44,418 bases of DNA from a virus (taxonomy: Duplodnaviria > Caudoviricetes), in the IMG/VR virus record IMGVR_UViG_3300048080_000048, positions 1 through 44,418 of that record; one strand, given 5' to 3'. A model generated the notes under the pieces. That model was not told the origin of the DNA. It did not search any database and saw nothing but the letters and a program-made list of their open reading frames with translations. The position numbers were made by a program, and so were the translations under genes. Below, one piece after another: positions 15,216-25,050 of the stretch; position 1 is the stretch's first letter, and each line of letters starts with the position of its first letter.

Positions 15216-15383
15216 ATGAAGTTCTCCCCGCGCGCGGTCAAGAAGCGTAATCCCGTCGTCTCGGCGGTCACTGACGTTTACAAGGACCTCACCGGAGGCT
15301 TCCGGGAACTCAAGCGCCAGATGGGCACCGCCGCCCAGAACGTCCGCGCCGGATACGAGAAAGTCCGCCGCCACATGCGCTGA
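15216..15383 (+). CDS. small basic protein, paralog of 9892..10065
   Basis: KDLTGGFRELKRQMGTA; GTG 15207 is an alternative start. Confidence 0.6.
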   Translation: MKFSPRAVKKRNPVVSAVTDVYKDLTGGFRELKRQMGTAAQNVRAGYEKVRRHMR

Positions 15384-15398
15384 TGGACACGGAGGTTC

Positions 15399-15935
15399 AT
15401 GAGCGAGCCAGAAAAGAAGAAGCGCCTCTCCTACGAGGAAATACTTCAGGGCATGGAGGACATCGCCCGCGACCCGGACGACAAGGACCGCTTCAAGGCC
15501 CTCAAAGCCCTCGCCGCCTCCCAGGGTGCTTCGATGGTGCTCCCCGACCCGCTCTCGGAGATCGAGCGGATCGAGCGCCTTGAGCGACTGATGCGCGGCT
15601 CCGGAACCCACATCTGCCACAGCGCCTACACCAGAGCCTTCCCGCACTCCCACTTCAAGGTCTCCGACGCCGAACAACTCAAGGTCGTCGACATCCCCCC
15701 AGAAACCATGAAAATCCTGGAAAAGGTACGGGGGCTCAAAACGCTCTACCGGCACTTCCCCGAGATCAAGCGCCCGGGATTCCCCAGGGGCTACCCGGTC
15801 GGCCGCGGGATCGAAAGCCAGACGCAGTGGGCACGGCAGACCGCGATCAAGATCCTGCTCGACCGCGAACAGGCGAAGGTCAACGCCGCGGCAATCGAAG
15901 CCGCCGAAGCCCACCGGCAGATCGTCGGCCCATGA
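15399..15935 (+). CDS. putative terminase small subunit
   Basis: Directly upstream of and coupled to TerL; EEILQGMEDIARD...DRFKALKAL helix typical of TerS. Confidence 0.6.
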   Translation: MSEPEKKKRLSYEEILQGMEDIARDPDDKDRFKALKALAASQGASMVLPDPLSEIERIERLERLMRGSGTHICHSAYTRAFPHSHFKVSDAEQLKVVDIPPETMKILEKVRGLKTLYRHFPEIKRPGFPRGYPVGRGIESQTQWARQTAIKILLDREQAKVNAAAIEAAEAHRQIVGP

Positions 15936-17671
15936 ACAAACGTGACAAAAGCTACAAGCCCTCTCAGGGATGGGAAGGGCTCGCCGAACTGGAACTGCTC
16001 CGTGATCTGGGCCGGCGTGACTTCTGGACCTTCTTCACCCACGTCTTCGGTGCTCAGGCCAACCCCAAAGGCAAGGTCTGGATCGACCGCGAGGTCCATG
16101 AGCCGCTCGCCAACTGGTTCCAGGGTCACGTCGACGAGTGGATGGAGAAACGGCATAAGGGGAGGGGGGAGCAGAAACACCTGGCCGTACTCGTTCATCG
16201 AGAGGTCGGCAAGACCACCATGATCACCCAGGCCGGACTCTCATGGCTCCAACTGAGAGACCCGGAACTCAGTATCTACATCGGCTCTGAACGGTCGGAG
16301 TTGAGCCAGAAGATGCTCGGCGGGATCAAGGCGATCATGGACGGCTCCGACCCCTACAGCCTGTTCACCCAGCTCTACGGCAACTGGAGTACCGGAGCGA
16401 GAACCTGGACCGGGAAGGAGATCGTCCACGCCGCGAGAAGAAACACCGCCCGCAAAGATCCTAGCTTCGGCACCTTCGCGGTCGAGACCTCGATCGTCGG
16501 TGCCCACCCCGACGTCTGGTGCGAGGACGACCCCAACTCCTACGAGCGCATGATCTCCGACACCAACTGGTTCGGCGCCGTCAACTCGCAAGCCATTTCC
16601 ATGTTCCCGGTGATCCAGGCGGACGGGCTGGTCATCTGGCCGGGAACTCGATACGGGGACGACGATCACTTCGGTGTCGCCTTCAGGGACGAAGGCATCG
16701 CCTCGATCTCCGGCATGGAGAGCGACAGCCTGTCCGTGGACCCGGACGGCAAGTGGCACGTCTACTTCCTGGCGGGCCGTGACCGAGACGGGAAGCCCAC
16801 GACCCCCAAAGTCTGGCCCGAGAAACGCCTGAAAGACTTCCAGAGGCGAGACCCCCTGCGCTACGCTGCCCAGGTCATGAACGACCCGACCATCTCCGAG
16901 TTCAACCCGGTGACCCGGGACCAGTGCATGCAGGACACCTGCTGGGTCGATCCCAAAGACGTCCCGTGGGGGAACATGAGGTTCGCCCTGCTCTGCGATA
17001 CCGCCTTCTGGGACGGGGCCAAGCTCGCGGGAAAGGACGAAACGGTCTACGTCTGCGTGGGTTATCCCAGGAACTTCTCCGGCGACGTCTACGCCATCGA
17101 GTGCCACTACTCCAACGCCTGGCGTGGAGAGGACCTGGCGAATCGCCTGGTCGCCAAGGTCCAGCAGTACCGCAGTACCGGGAGGAAAGTGTTCGCGATC
17201 ACCGACGAGATCACGGTGGCCGGCAAGGCAGGAGCGTGGCGGCAGTTGCTGAGGAACTACTTCCACGATGCCGGCGAGGCGATGCCGCCGTTCTACGAGT
17301 TTTCCCGTCACTCAGCGCCCAAGGCGAGAATGACCAGCGCCGGTCCCACCGGGCGCCTGGTGGCGGCCGCCGGCTACATCGTCGACGGGCACGTCAAGTT
17401 CGTGAAGGGAGGCCCCGGCTTGATCGGGCTGATCGATCAGATCGTCAAGATCGGCCAGTACATGATGAACCCCAAGCTCAAGATCGACCGCGCCGACGCC
17501 TTCTCCGATGCCTTCCAGCCGGAGCTTTATCAGTCCATGAGACGGAATGAGAAGCGCGCTGGGGGGTACGACCGCGGCTCGGCCGCCGTCGAGGGCGACT
17601 ACCGGACGATGTTCGAGGACGACGAAGCGAGGAACTGGAGAGAGACCGTGCCGAGAGAGCCGCTGCGATGA
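15932..17671 (+). CDS. terL: terminase large subunit
   Basis: Walker A HREVGKTT, Walker B VGAHPDVWCEDDP, GTRY coupling motif, nuclease CDTA...DET and DRADA. Confidence 0.9.
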   Translation: MNKRDKSYKPSQGWEGLAELELLRDLGRRDFWTFFTHVFGAQANPKGKVWIDREVHEPLANWFQGHVDEWMEKRHKGRGEQKHLAVLVHREVGKTTMITQAGLSWLQLRDPELSIYIGSERSELSQKMLGGIKAIMDGSDPYSLFTQLYGNWSTGARTWTGKEIVHAARRNTARKDPSFGTFAVETSIVGAHPDVWCEDDPNSYERMISDTNWFGAVNSQAISMFPVIQADGLVIWPGTRYGDDDHFGVAFRDEGIASISGMESDSLSVDPDGKWHVYFLAGRDRDGKPTTPKVWPEKRLKDFQRRDPLRYAAQVMNDPTISEFNPVTRDQCMQDTCWVDPKDVPWGNMRFALLCDTAFWDGAKLAGKDETVYVCVGYPRNFSGDVYAIECHYSNAWRGEDLANRLVAKVQQYRSTGRKVFAITDEITVAGKAGAWRQLLRNYFHDAGEAMPPFYEFSRHSAPKARMTSAGPTGRLVAAAGYIVDGHVKFVKGGPGLIGLIDQIVKIGQYMMNPKLKIDRADAFSDAFQPELYQSMRRNEKRAGGYDRGSAAVEGDYRTMFEDDEARNWRETVPREPLR

Positions 17672-18876
17672 TCGGTCCCGAGAAGCAACTTGCCCCGGCC
17701 TATACCGAGCGGATGACCTGCCGCGCCTGCGACTCCACGACGCTCGCCTCGGTCCTGGACCTCGGGACCCACAGCCTGCCCTGGTACCTGGAGTCGGGGG
17801 ACGACGAAGCACCCAAAGCACCGCTCAACCTGGTCCGGTGCGCCCAGTGCGCCATGCTTCAACTCCAGCACTCGGTCGACCCCGACCTGCTCTACCGCGA
17901 GTTCTGGTACCGCAGCTCGATGAACCAGACCATGAAGGATGCGCTCTCGGACCTGGTCAACAGGACGGTGGAGCATGTGAAGGAAGGGGTCTGGCTCGAC
18001 ATCGGCGCCAACGACGGCTACCTGCTGTCCCGCGTTCCCGAGACCTTCACGCGGATCGCCTGCGAGCCCGCCCAAAACTTCGAGCCGCAACTGAAAGAGC
18101 ACGCCCACGTCGTGGTACCGACCTACTTCTCGGCCCAGGCCGTCCGCGAGCAGCACGACGGCCCGGTGGACGTCATCACCTCCGCCGCCTGCTTCTACGA
18201 CGTCTCGGACCCCAACGCATTCGTCCGGGACGTCGCCGACCTGCTCGCTCCGGAAGGCGTCTGGGTCAATCAGTTGAACGACTCGCCGACCATGCTGCGA
18301 CGTAACGCCTTCGACTCCATCTGCCACGAGCACGTCTGCTACTACGACCTCCACGTCCTGAAAACTCTCTACGCCGAGCACGGACTCAAGATCGTCTCGG
18401 TGACCCACAACGAGGTCAACGGCGGCAGCATGCGCGTCTTCGCCTCCAAGTCCGGGGCCGAGGTGGATCTGATCGTCGTCCCCTCCGTCACCCAGCAAGG
18501 TGCCCGCTGCTTCGCCGAGAGAGTCGTGCGCTGGAAGGATCAGGTGTCGAGCCTGCTCAAGAACTCGGACCTCTTCCGCTTCGCCCCCGTCTGGCTCTAC
18601 GGGGCCAGCACCAAGGGCTCGACGCTGCTTCAGTACCTGGGCTGCAACGAGAGTTTCCTCGCGGCGGCGGACCGCAACCCGGCCAAGTGGGGGAGACGCA
18701 TGGCGGGGACGGGGATCCCGGTCGTCTCCGAGGCCGAGATGCGGAAGGCCAGACCAAAGTTCCTGATGGTGCTGCCGTGGGCGTTCGCAGAAGAGTTCAA
18801 CCGGCGCGAGATGCTGCTGCGCCAGCACGGCACGACCATGGTCTACCCGCTGCCGGACTTCCGGATGGTGCTCTAG
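17668..18876 (+). CDS. SAM-dependent NDP-sugar C-methyltransferase (TcaB9/NovU/EryBIII-type architecture)
   Basis: N-terminal CRAC...CAQC zinc domain, LDIGANDGYLL, FDSICHEHVCYY, YGASTKG, DRNPAKWG, LPWAF. Confidence 0.9.
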   Translation: MIGPEKQLAPAYTERMTCRACDSTTLASVLDLGTHSLPWYLESGDDEAPKAPLNLVRCAQCAMLQLQHSVDPDLLYREFWYRSSMNQTMKDALSDLVNRTVEHVKEGVWLDIGANDGYLLSRVPETFTRIACEPAQNFEPQLKEHAHVVVPTYFSAQAVREQHDGPVDVITSAACFYDVSDPNAFVRDVADLLAPEGVWVNQLNDSPTMLRRNAFDSICHEHVCYYDLHVLKTLYAEHGLKIVSVTHNEVNGGSMRVFASKSGAEVDLIVVPSVTQQGARCFAERVVRWKDQVSSLLKNSDLFRFAPVWLYGASTKGSTLLQYLGCNESFLAAADRNPAKWGRRMAGTGIPVVSEAEMRKARPKFLMVLPWAFAEEFNRREMLLRQHGTTMVYPLPDFRMVL

Positions 18877-19526
18877 TGCCGGAGCGCATTGCCGTGCTGT
18901 GCCCCACCCGGGATCGGCTCCCGGGATTCAGAAGGGCGGCCACGTCGGTTATCAACTCAAGCACGCTGGTCGACTTCATCGGCTACATCGACGGTGACCA
19001 GCACTACACCTATTTTGGCCCGGGACCGGAGAAGTCGTGGAACGACAGGGTTCTGTTCACGGTCGGGGACAGAATCGGGCCGGTGGCGGCGGCCAACGAA
19101 CTGGCTAGGACGCACCCCGGCTACGACGTCTACGGCCTGCTGACCGACGACTGCACGGTGACGACCCCCAGATGGGACGAGTGGGTGCTGGAGGCTGTGA
19201 AGCAGTTCCCCAACCGCATCTGCGTCATCTCCCCGCACCACAACATGGGTAACCACGTCGACATGCCGTTCGTCACGAAGGAGTGGATCAAGGCGGTGGG
19301 CTGGTACGCCTGCCCGGACTGTTACCACTATTCCTGGCCGACCATCACCGGGTTGATCGGCGAGATGACCGCCATCTGCCACGCCCCCGCGCACAAGTTT
19401 CACGTGGAACACGCGGACCACGTCCAGGACCACACAGCACAGACCCGTGACGCCCAGCCGTTCTACGAGTTCGTGAGCCTGAAACTCCCTGCGGTCGTGG
19501 AGCGGCTGAGACAGGCGATGTCGTGA
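18876..19526 (+). CDS. GT-A (GT2-like) glycosyltransferase 1
   Basis: IAVLCPTRDR, YIDGD, LLTDDC. Confidence 0.75.
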   Translation: MPERIAVLCPTRDRLPGFRRAATSVINSSTLVDFIGYIDGDQHYTYFGPGPEKSWNDRVLFTVGDRIGPVAAANELARTHPGYDVYGLLTDDCTVTTPRWDEWVLEAVKQFPNRICVISPHHNMGNHVDMPFVTKEWIKAVGWYACPDCYHYSWPTITGLIGEMTAICHAPAHKFHVEHADHVQDHTAQTRDAQPFYEFVSLKLPAVVERLRQAMS

Positions 19527-19565
19527 GGCCCGCCAAGGCATGCTCGTCAAACGGAGGATAGGCTG

Positions 19566-20204
19566 ATGTCGGTCGCGGTCGTGTGCCCGAGCAGGGAGCG
19601 GCCGCAACGGTGTTCGGCGATGATCGAAAGCATGGTCAACACCTCGGACGCTCACGCGCTGGTCTACTTCGACGAGGACGACTCGACTCACCCACCAGTG
19701 GGAGCCTGGAATGGCCCGAGGGTCAGAACTCTGCTGGGGCCTCGCATCGGCAGGGGTGCTTCGATCAACGCCCTGTGCCAGACCTTCCGAGACTACCGCT
19801 GCTACCTGCTGGTATCGGACGACATCGTGTTCTCCAGAACGGGCTGGGACCAGGAGGTCGAAGCCGCGATGGACTCGTTTGGGGACGACATCGGCCTGGT
19901 GCATCTTTCCACCGGGATCGACGCGGGATTCTGCAACTGGCCTTGCGTCTCCAGGAAGTGGGTTGACGCCGTGGGGTGGTTCAATCCGCCCACCCTCAGA
20001 TCTTACTGCCAGGACACGGCACTCCAGGTCATGGCCGAAGCTCTGGGGCGCATCCGGTACATCGAGCCGCCCGTCCTGATCCACGACTGTGTGACCGATG
20101 ATTCGGGGGCGCACCGTTTCAGCAACGACCTGAACGCCTTTCTATGGTTCATGGCGCTTCAGTTCGGCCCGTCCTTGAAGAAACTCAGGGCGGTGATGTC
20201 GTGA
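19566..20204 (+). CDS. GT-A (GT2-like) glycosyltransferase 2
   Basis: VAVVCPSRERP, YFDEDD, LVSDDIVF...GWD. Confidence 0.8.
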   Translation: MSVAVVCPSRERPQRCSAMIESMVNTSDAHALVYFDEDDSTHPPVGAWNGPRVRTLLGPRIGRGASINALCQTFRDYRCYLLVSDDIVFSRTGWDQEVEAAMDSFGDDIGLVHLSTGIDAGFCNWPCVSRKWVDAVGWFNPPTLRSYCQDTALQVMAEALGRIRYIEPPVLIHDCVTDDSGAHRFSNDLNAFLWFMALQFGPSLKKLRAVMS

Positions 20205-20857
20205 CCGTCCCACTCGACCCTGTGATGATGGCCCGCGTGGCGGCTGGAGACCCGACGCTTCCCCCCAACGGTCCGGTCAACAACTGGATCGCCCACCAGT
20301 TCCCCGAAGGATACCGGGGCTACTGTATCGACGTGGGTGCCTCGGACGGGCTGTTCGTCAACTCAACCTACCTCCTGGAGAAGGACTACCGCTGGACGGT
20401 CCTGTCGGTCGAGGCCAACCCGGCAATGAAGCCGCTCCTGGTGAAGCACCGCGCGTTCGTCAAGATCTGCGCGGTCGGCCCGGAGCCAAAAGACGGTGCC
20501 GACTTCCATATCAACCTGGACAACCTTGAGGCGTTCTCAAGCCTCACGCCACAGCGGGGTCACCCGCGATTCAGGGAAGAGGCCGGCAAGCGGTGGGGGA
20601 CGATCAAGGTCGATGTCAGGACGCTGGAGCAACTCCTGGCGGAGTGGGAGTTCCCGCGCCTGGATGCCCTGTGCGTCGACGTCGAAGGGGGTGAGCTGGA
20701 TGTGCTCAAGGGGATCAATCTCAGGCGGTGGAAGCCACACGTCGTGGTCGTCGAATCCTGGGAAGCGGGGGCGCTGGACGACTACCTGGTCCCGAAAGGA
20801 TATGCGCGTCTCTGGCGCAGCGCCGACAACGACGCCTACATCCGGGGCCAGGAGTGA
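20201..20857 (+). CDS. FkbM-family methyltransferase
   Basis: IDVGASDG...SVEANP...LCVDVEGGELDVLKG...VVE. Confidence 0.9.
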   Translation: MTVPLDPVMMARVAAGDPTLPPNGPVNNWIAHQFPEGYRGYCIDVGASDGLFVNSTYLLEKDYRWTVLSVEANPAMKPLLVKHRAFVKICAVGPEPKDGADFHINLDNLEAFSSLTPQRGHPRFREEAGKRWGTIKVDVRTLEQLLAEWEFPRLDALCVDVEGGELDVLKGINLRRWKPHVVVVESWEAGALDDYLVPKGYARLWRSADNDAYIRGQE

Positions 20858-21549
20858 AGCCGATCCTGGTGGTCTGCGCCAGCCGCGGCAGGCCGGATCG
20901 CCTGGAGCGGATGGTTGCCTCGGTGGAAGAGACCAGTACTCAGGCAGACGTTGCGGTCTACGTCGACGAGGACCAGGAGAAGGACTACGATTCTCTCGAA
21001 GGGGCTCATCGGTTGTTCTTCGGCCCACGGATCGGCCAGTGCCGGTCGCTGAACGCCTTGGTCAAGAAGTCTCCGGGGTACGAGGTCTATGGATCAGCCA
21101 CCGACGACTGTCGGTTTGAGACACCGGGCTGGGACCGCTGGGTGCTGGAGACGGCGAGAAGCTTCAGCGGCGGGATAGGTCTGATCGCTCCCGACTCGGG
21201 GCAGAGCAAGCCGAGGATGGACTTTCCCTGGGCCACCGCCCGTTGGATCGAAGTGGTCGGTTCGTTCTCGGGGCTGGACACCTACCACTCCTACTGGGAC
21301 GTGGGGCTTCAGCTTCTGGGGGAGGCGACCAACATCAGGTTCGCCAAACCTGACGAGTTCAAGATCTGGCACGAGGGGCTGATGATGGACGACTCGGTAG
21401 ACACCGCCCTGACGGACGTGGGCAAGATGGTGTTCAGCCTCTACCACATCCACAACGATGCTCGCACCTGCTGCGTCTGGATGGCTCACGAACGGCAGGC
21501 GCTGGTCGACAAGCTCAGGGCGGCGATGAACGGCAAGGAGAACCCATGA
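20854..21549 (+). CDS. GT-A (GT2-like) glycosyltransferase 3
   Basis: VVCASRGRP, YVDED, SATDDC..TPGWD. Confidence 0.75.
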   Translation: MKPILVVCASRGRPDRLERMVASVEETSTQADVAVYVDEDQEKDYDSLEGAHRLFFGPRIGQCRSLNALVKKSPGYEVYGSATDDCRFETPGWDRWVLETARSFSGGIGLIAPDSGQSKPRMDFPWATARWIEVVGSFSGLDTYHSYWDVGLQLLGEATNIRFAKPDEFKIWHEGLMMDDSVDTALTDVGKMVFSLYHIHNDARTCCVWMAHERQALVDKLRAAMNGKENP

Positions 21550-22424
21550 GCACCGTCTTTAGCTTTCCAGGGAAAAGTGGCGATGCGCTGCTCCAGTTCC
21601 CGGTGGCCTACCAGTGGCACAAGATCACGGGTAAGCAGTTCGACTGCTGGCTGGACGAGCACACCTGCAAGCCGGTGGAGAAGCTGTTCGCGGCGCAACC
21701 GTGCGTCGGCGAGGTCAAACTCATCTCCGGTGTCGAGAACTGGAACTGCGGCGGCCAGCCGTTCCACATGAACCTGCCCACGTCAGCGTTCGCCGAGCAC
21801 ACCGTCTACCACCTGGGGTTCAGGAGCTTCCCGCAGCGGCAGATCACGCTGGAAACCCTGGAGAACTGCAAGCTCCCGGTGACGGTCGACCGCGAGGCGC
21901 TGGCGAGTGAACCGTGCTTCGCGTGGCCCGGTTCGATTGAGTTCCCGGTGGAAGGGCAGCGGGTGGCAACGCGCCGCCTCATTCTCCACGGCCAACCGAT
22001 CTGCCCGCACACCAAGAGCACCCCGGGCTTCTGGCCGTTCCTCTCCAGCATCGCGCATGAACTTCCGGCCCTGTTCGACGAGATCGTCTGGGTCGGAGAC
22101 GCGAGGGACCGCGAGATCGGCACCCGGACCTACCCCGAGTGGAAGGACTTCAACGACGTAGGGAGCTTCCTCGAAACCGCGCGGCTGATGTCCGGGGCTT
22201 CGTGCGTCATCGCCTGCGGCTCCAGCATGGCAGCACTCGCCCAGGTCATGAAGATTCCGTGCGCGAGAATCCATGACCCGATAGGGGGGTCCCCCAAGGT
22301 AATATGGTCGGGGTTAGGCGATAACCAAATCAACGAGACTGAGCTCGGGATGAGGAGCCAATGGCCTATCTTCAGGGACCGCTGGATTACCAAAGCAAGC
22401 GGTGTTCAAAGTGCCGCGAGCTGA
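21546..22424 (+). CDS. GT-B glycosyltransferase, GT9 (heptosyltransferase)-like
   Basis: GKSGDALLQFP N-terminal motif; FLETARLMSGASCVIACGSSMAALA C-terminal motif. Confidence 0.65.
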   Translation: MSTVFSFPGKSGDALLQFPVAYQWHKITGKQFDCWLDEHTCKPVEKLFAAQPCVGEVKLISGVENWNCGGQPFHMNLPTSAFAEHTVYHLGFRSFPQRQITLETLENCKLPVTVDREALASEPCFAWPGSIEFPVEGQRVATRRLILHGQPICPHTKSTPGFWPFLSSIAHELPALFDEIVWVGDARDREIGTRTYPEWKDFNDVGSFLETARLMSGASCVIACGSSMAALAQVMKIPCARIHDPIGGSPKVIWSGLGDNQINETELGMRSQWPIFRDRWITKASGVQSAAS

Positions 22425-22906
22425 AGCTGTGGCTGGATTTTCACAAGCGCAATGGTTTGCCGGACCGCCAATGTAAACTATGCGTCAAAGCCAACCACGA
22501 AAGATGGAGGTCGAGAACCATAGAGCGCCAGCGCGCCATGCGAAGAGCCTGGAAGCATAACAATCCAGCTCGATGCCGGAGCCTGGATCGTGAGTCCATG
22601 CGCCGCCAGCGATCCCAGCACCCGGAGAGGTTTGCTGACGCGTATGCTCGACGGATCGCCCGCGACCCAGACTACAACGTCAAGGCCTACGCCCGGCTAG
22701 ACCCGGATAAGCGGAGGGCACGCAATACGGCAAGGAGAGCCGTAAAAGCCGGGAAGATCGAGAAACCGACCCGGTGCGCGAGATGCTTATCCGTTTCCCG
22801 GCTTCAAATGCACCACGATGATTATTCTCAGCCGCTCGACGTCGAATGGGTTTGCTCGAAATGTCATGGCTTGACGTGGCGGATCGAAGTGGCGGTGACG
22901 GCGTGA
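22361..22906 (+). CDS. HNH-like endonuclease with N-terminal zinc finger
   Basis: KRCSKC...CKLC; CARC...HHDDYSQPLDVEWVCSKCH. Confidence 0.8.
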   Translation: MAYLQGPLDYQSKRCSKCRELKLWLDFHKRNGLPDRQCKLCVKANHERWRSRTIERQRAMRRAWKHNNPARCRSLDRESMRRQRSQHPERFADAYARRIARDPDYNVKAYARLDPDKRRARNTARRAVKAGKIEKPTRCARCLSVSRLQMHHDDYSQPLDVEWVCSKCHGLTWRIEVAVTA

Positions 22907-23142
22907 GGACGCTAGGGGAGTTGGTGGACAGGCTCTCCATCATCAACATCAAGCTCTACGTCGTGCAGGACGTGGTCATGGAGGCTTCCCAGACCGGAAA
23001 GGGCTTGGACTCCGAGACCGTCAGGAAACTCACCAGCCTGAACCTGGAGCGGAACAAGGCGATGTCTGATCTCGACCGCTGCCTACGCGATGCGGTATCC
23101 TCCGGGACGGCCGAAGTCGATGAGCGGGTGAAGCTGACCTGA
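22903..23142 (+). CDS. small helical protein of the kind associated with glycosyltransferase loci (DUF4254/DUF6165-like, tentative)
   Basis: TLGELVDRLSIINIKLY...LNLERN. Confidence 0.55.
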   Translation: MRTLGELVDRLSIINIKLYVVQDVVMEASQTGKGLDSETVRKLTSLNLERNKAMSDLDRCLRDAVSSGTAEVDERVKLT

Positions 23143-23154
23143 GGGGGGCCAGGG

Positions 23155-25050
23155 ATGGCCGTGGGCAAGCCGTTTGCCGCAGAACGTCCGCGCGTGGACG
23201 ACGCGCGCGTGATCGAGCTGGTCGATTCCCGCCGCCAGCACTCGCTCCAGTACAACTCCTCCACCTTCAGCAAGGTCCAGAACTACTACGGGACCTACCG
23301 GGGCGTCTGGCAGGGCAAACTCGCCCAGTTCCGCAACAACATCACCATCCCATTCACCTTCGCGATGATCCAGTCGGACGTCGCGCGCAAGGTCCAGACC
23401 TCCTTCGGCGCCTGGCCCATCGTCTCCTTCGAGGGCTACGCCCCCGAGGACGTAGCGAGGGCCAAGCGGAACGAGGTCCTGGTTTCTGCCCAGATGAAAG
23501 ACGCCGACTCGCTGATGCGCGCGGTCGACTTCTTCCTCCAGGCCGACATCTGCGGGACTTCGATCGCACGGTGGGGTTGGAAGAACGTCACCCGGCCCAA
23601 CCGCTACCGCAAGCTGGAGACCATCGCCCCCGGGCTCTCGATCCCGGTGATGTACGAGGGCGAATCGGAGGTCTTCAACGGCCCCTCGTGGGAGGTGGTA
23701 GACCGGCTCGACTTCTGGCAGCAGCCGGCGCGCAAGCGGATCGACGACATGGACTGGGTGATCCACCGCTACTGGCTGGATTGGGACTCGATGATGGAGG
23801 ACGCCAACGGCCGCTACCCCTACTTCGATCGCGAAGCTGTTCGGTCGCTCCGCGACTTCCCGATGCAGGGTGCCGCCCACAGCGAGTGGACCGCCCGCAA
23901 GGTCGCCTACCGGAACGAGTACGACTACATGGCGAGGCAGAAGGAGCGGTTCGCCAAGCCGGTCGAGATCTGGGAGATGCATGGGCTGGTGCCCAAAGAG
24001 TTCGCCGGCGACGGGATACGCCACCGCTGTATCGCGATCGGCAACGCGCGGGTGGTGTTGAAGAACCGCGAGGGGCCGATGGCGAACCAGCAGAAACCAT
24101 TCGCCAGCTACGCGCCGATGTCCGACCCCTACAGCTTCGACGGGGTCGGGAAGGCCGAGGTCGCCTACGGCCCGCAGCGGACCGCGGACCGCCTGAACAA
24201 CCAGCGCCTGGACGCCATCGACCTCCTGATCGACAACCAGTGGGTCGTGTCCTCTTCCGCCGGGATCAATACCCAGAACCTGTTCTCCCGCGCGGGCAGG
24301 ATCATCCTGGTGGACGGCCCGGCGGACGAAAGTTCGATTCGCGCGCTGGCTCCCGACATGAGAGGCGTACAGGTGGGGAACGAAGAGATCGCCCGGCTGT
24401 TCCAGATGATGCAGCTGGGGACCGGGGAGACCGAGGCGATCATGGGGATCGGCGGCCAGAGCCGAGAGACGGCGAGGGGATTCCTGGGGCGCCAGGAAAA
24501 CGCGCTCACGAGACTCTCGCTGGAGGCGCGCATGGCCGAAGAGGGGTTCATCGAGCCGCTCGCCAACGCCTTCCGATCGCTCGACCGGCTCCTGCTCCCG
24601 CTCCCCCACGAAATCAAGATCCTGGGGAGTCTCGCTTCGACCAACCCGATCACCGGCCTTCCCTACCCGGCCGAGCAGGTTCAGGTTGACTACGACGACC
24701 TGGCTCCGGATTATAGGGCGCGGGCGGTCGGAGCGTCCCAGATGATGGGTCGCAGTGTCCGGCAGCAGAACATGCTCGGACTCTTGCAGATGATGTCCAG
24801 CAATCCGGCACTGATGCAGCTCGTCAACTGGGCCAACTTCGCCCGCCAGGCCTTCGAGCTGTTCGACTTCACGAACGTCAACGAACTGCTGGTCCAGCAG
24901 GTGCCGGTGGTGAACCAGATCGCGCAGGAGAACGGAACCAGTCCGGAGTCGGTGGCCGGCATGGCCTCAAGCCCGCTGGAGCAGTTGAGCCCCGACATCC
25001 TCTCTCAGTTGATGAACGTTCAGGGACCGAACCGCATGGTGGGGGTCTAG
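23155..25050 (+). CDS. portal protein (podovirus-type)
   Basis: 631 aa ahead of the scaffold and capsid; VEIWEMHG, PFASY..DPYSFDGVG, ETARG motifs; Gln-rich C-terminus. Confidence 0.8.
   Translation: MAVGKPFAAERPRVDDARVIELVDSRRQHSLQYNSSTFSKVQNYYGTYRGVWQGKLAQFRNNITIPFTFAMIQSDVARKVQTSFGAWPIVSFEGYAPEDVARAKRNEVLVSAQMKDADSLMRAVDFFLQADICGTSIARWGWKNVTRPNRYRKLETIAPGLSIPVMYEGESEVFNGPSWEVVDRLDFWQQPARKRIDDMDWVIHRYWLDWDSMMEDANGRYPYFDREAVRSLRDFPMQGAAHSEWTARKVAYRNEYDYMARQKERFAKPVEIWEMHGLVPKEFAGDGIRHRCIAIGNARVVLKNREGPMANQQKPFASYAPMSDPYSFDGVGKAEVAYGPQRTADRLNNQRLDAIDLLIDNQWVVSSSAGINTQNLFSRAGRIILVDGPADESSIRALAPDMRGVQVGNEEIARLFQMMQLGTGETEAIMGIGGQSRETARGFLGRQENALTRLSLEARMAEEGFIEPLANAFRSLDRLLLPLPHEIKILGSLASTNPITGLPYPAEQVQVDYDDLAPDYRARAVGASQMMGRSVRQQNMLGLLQMMSSNPALMQLVNWANFARQAFELFDFTNVNELLVQQVPVVNQIAQENGTSPESVAGMASSPLEQLSPDILSQLMNVQGPNRMVGV

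Noticed and set aside
17668-22424. DNA hypermodification system
   Set aside because: No hydroxymethylase, TET/JBP, kinase or own DNA polymerase is seen, and the location is in the virion operon. Disfavoured but not formally excluded.
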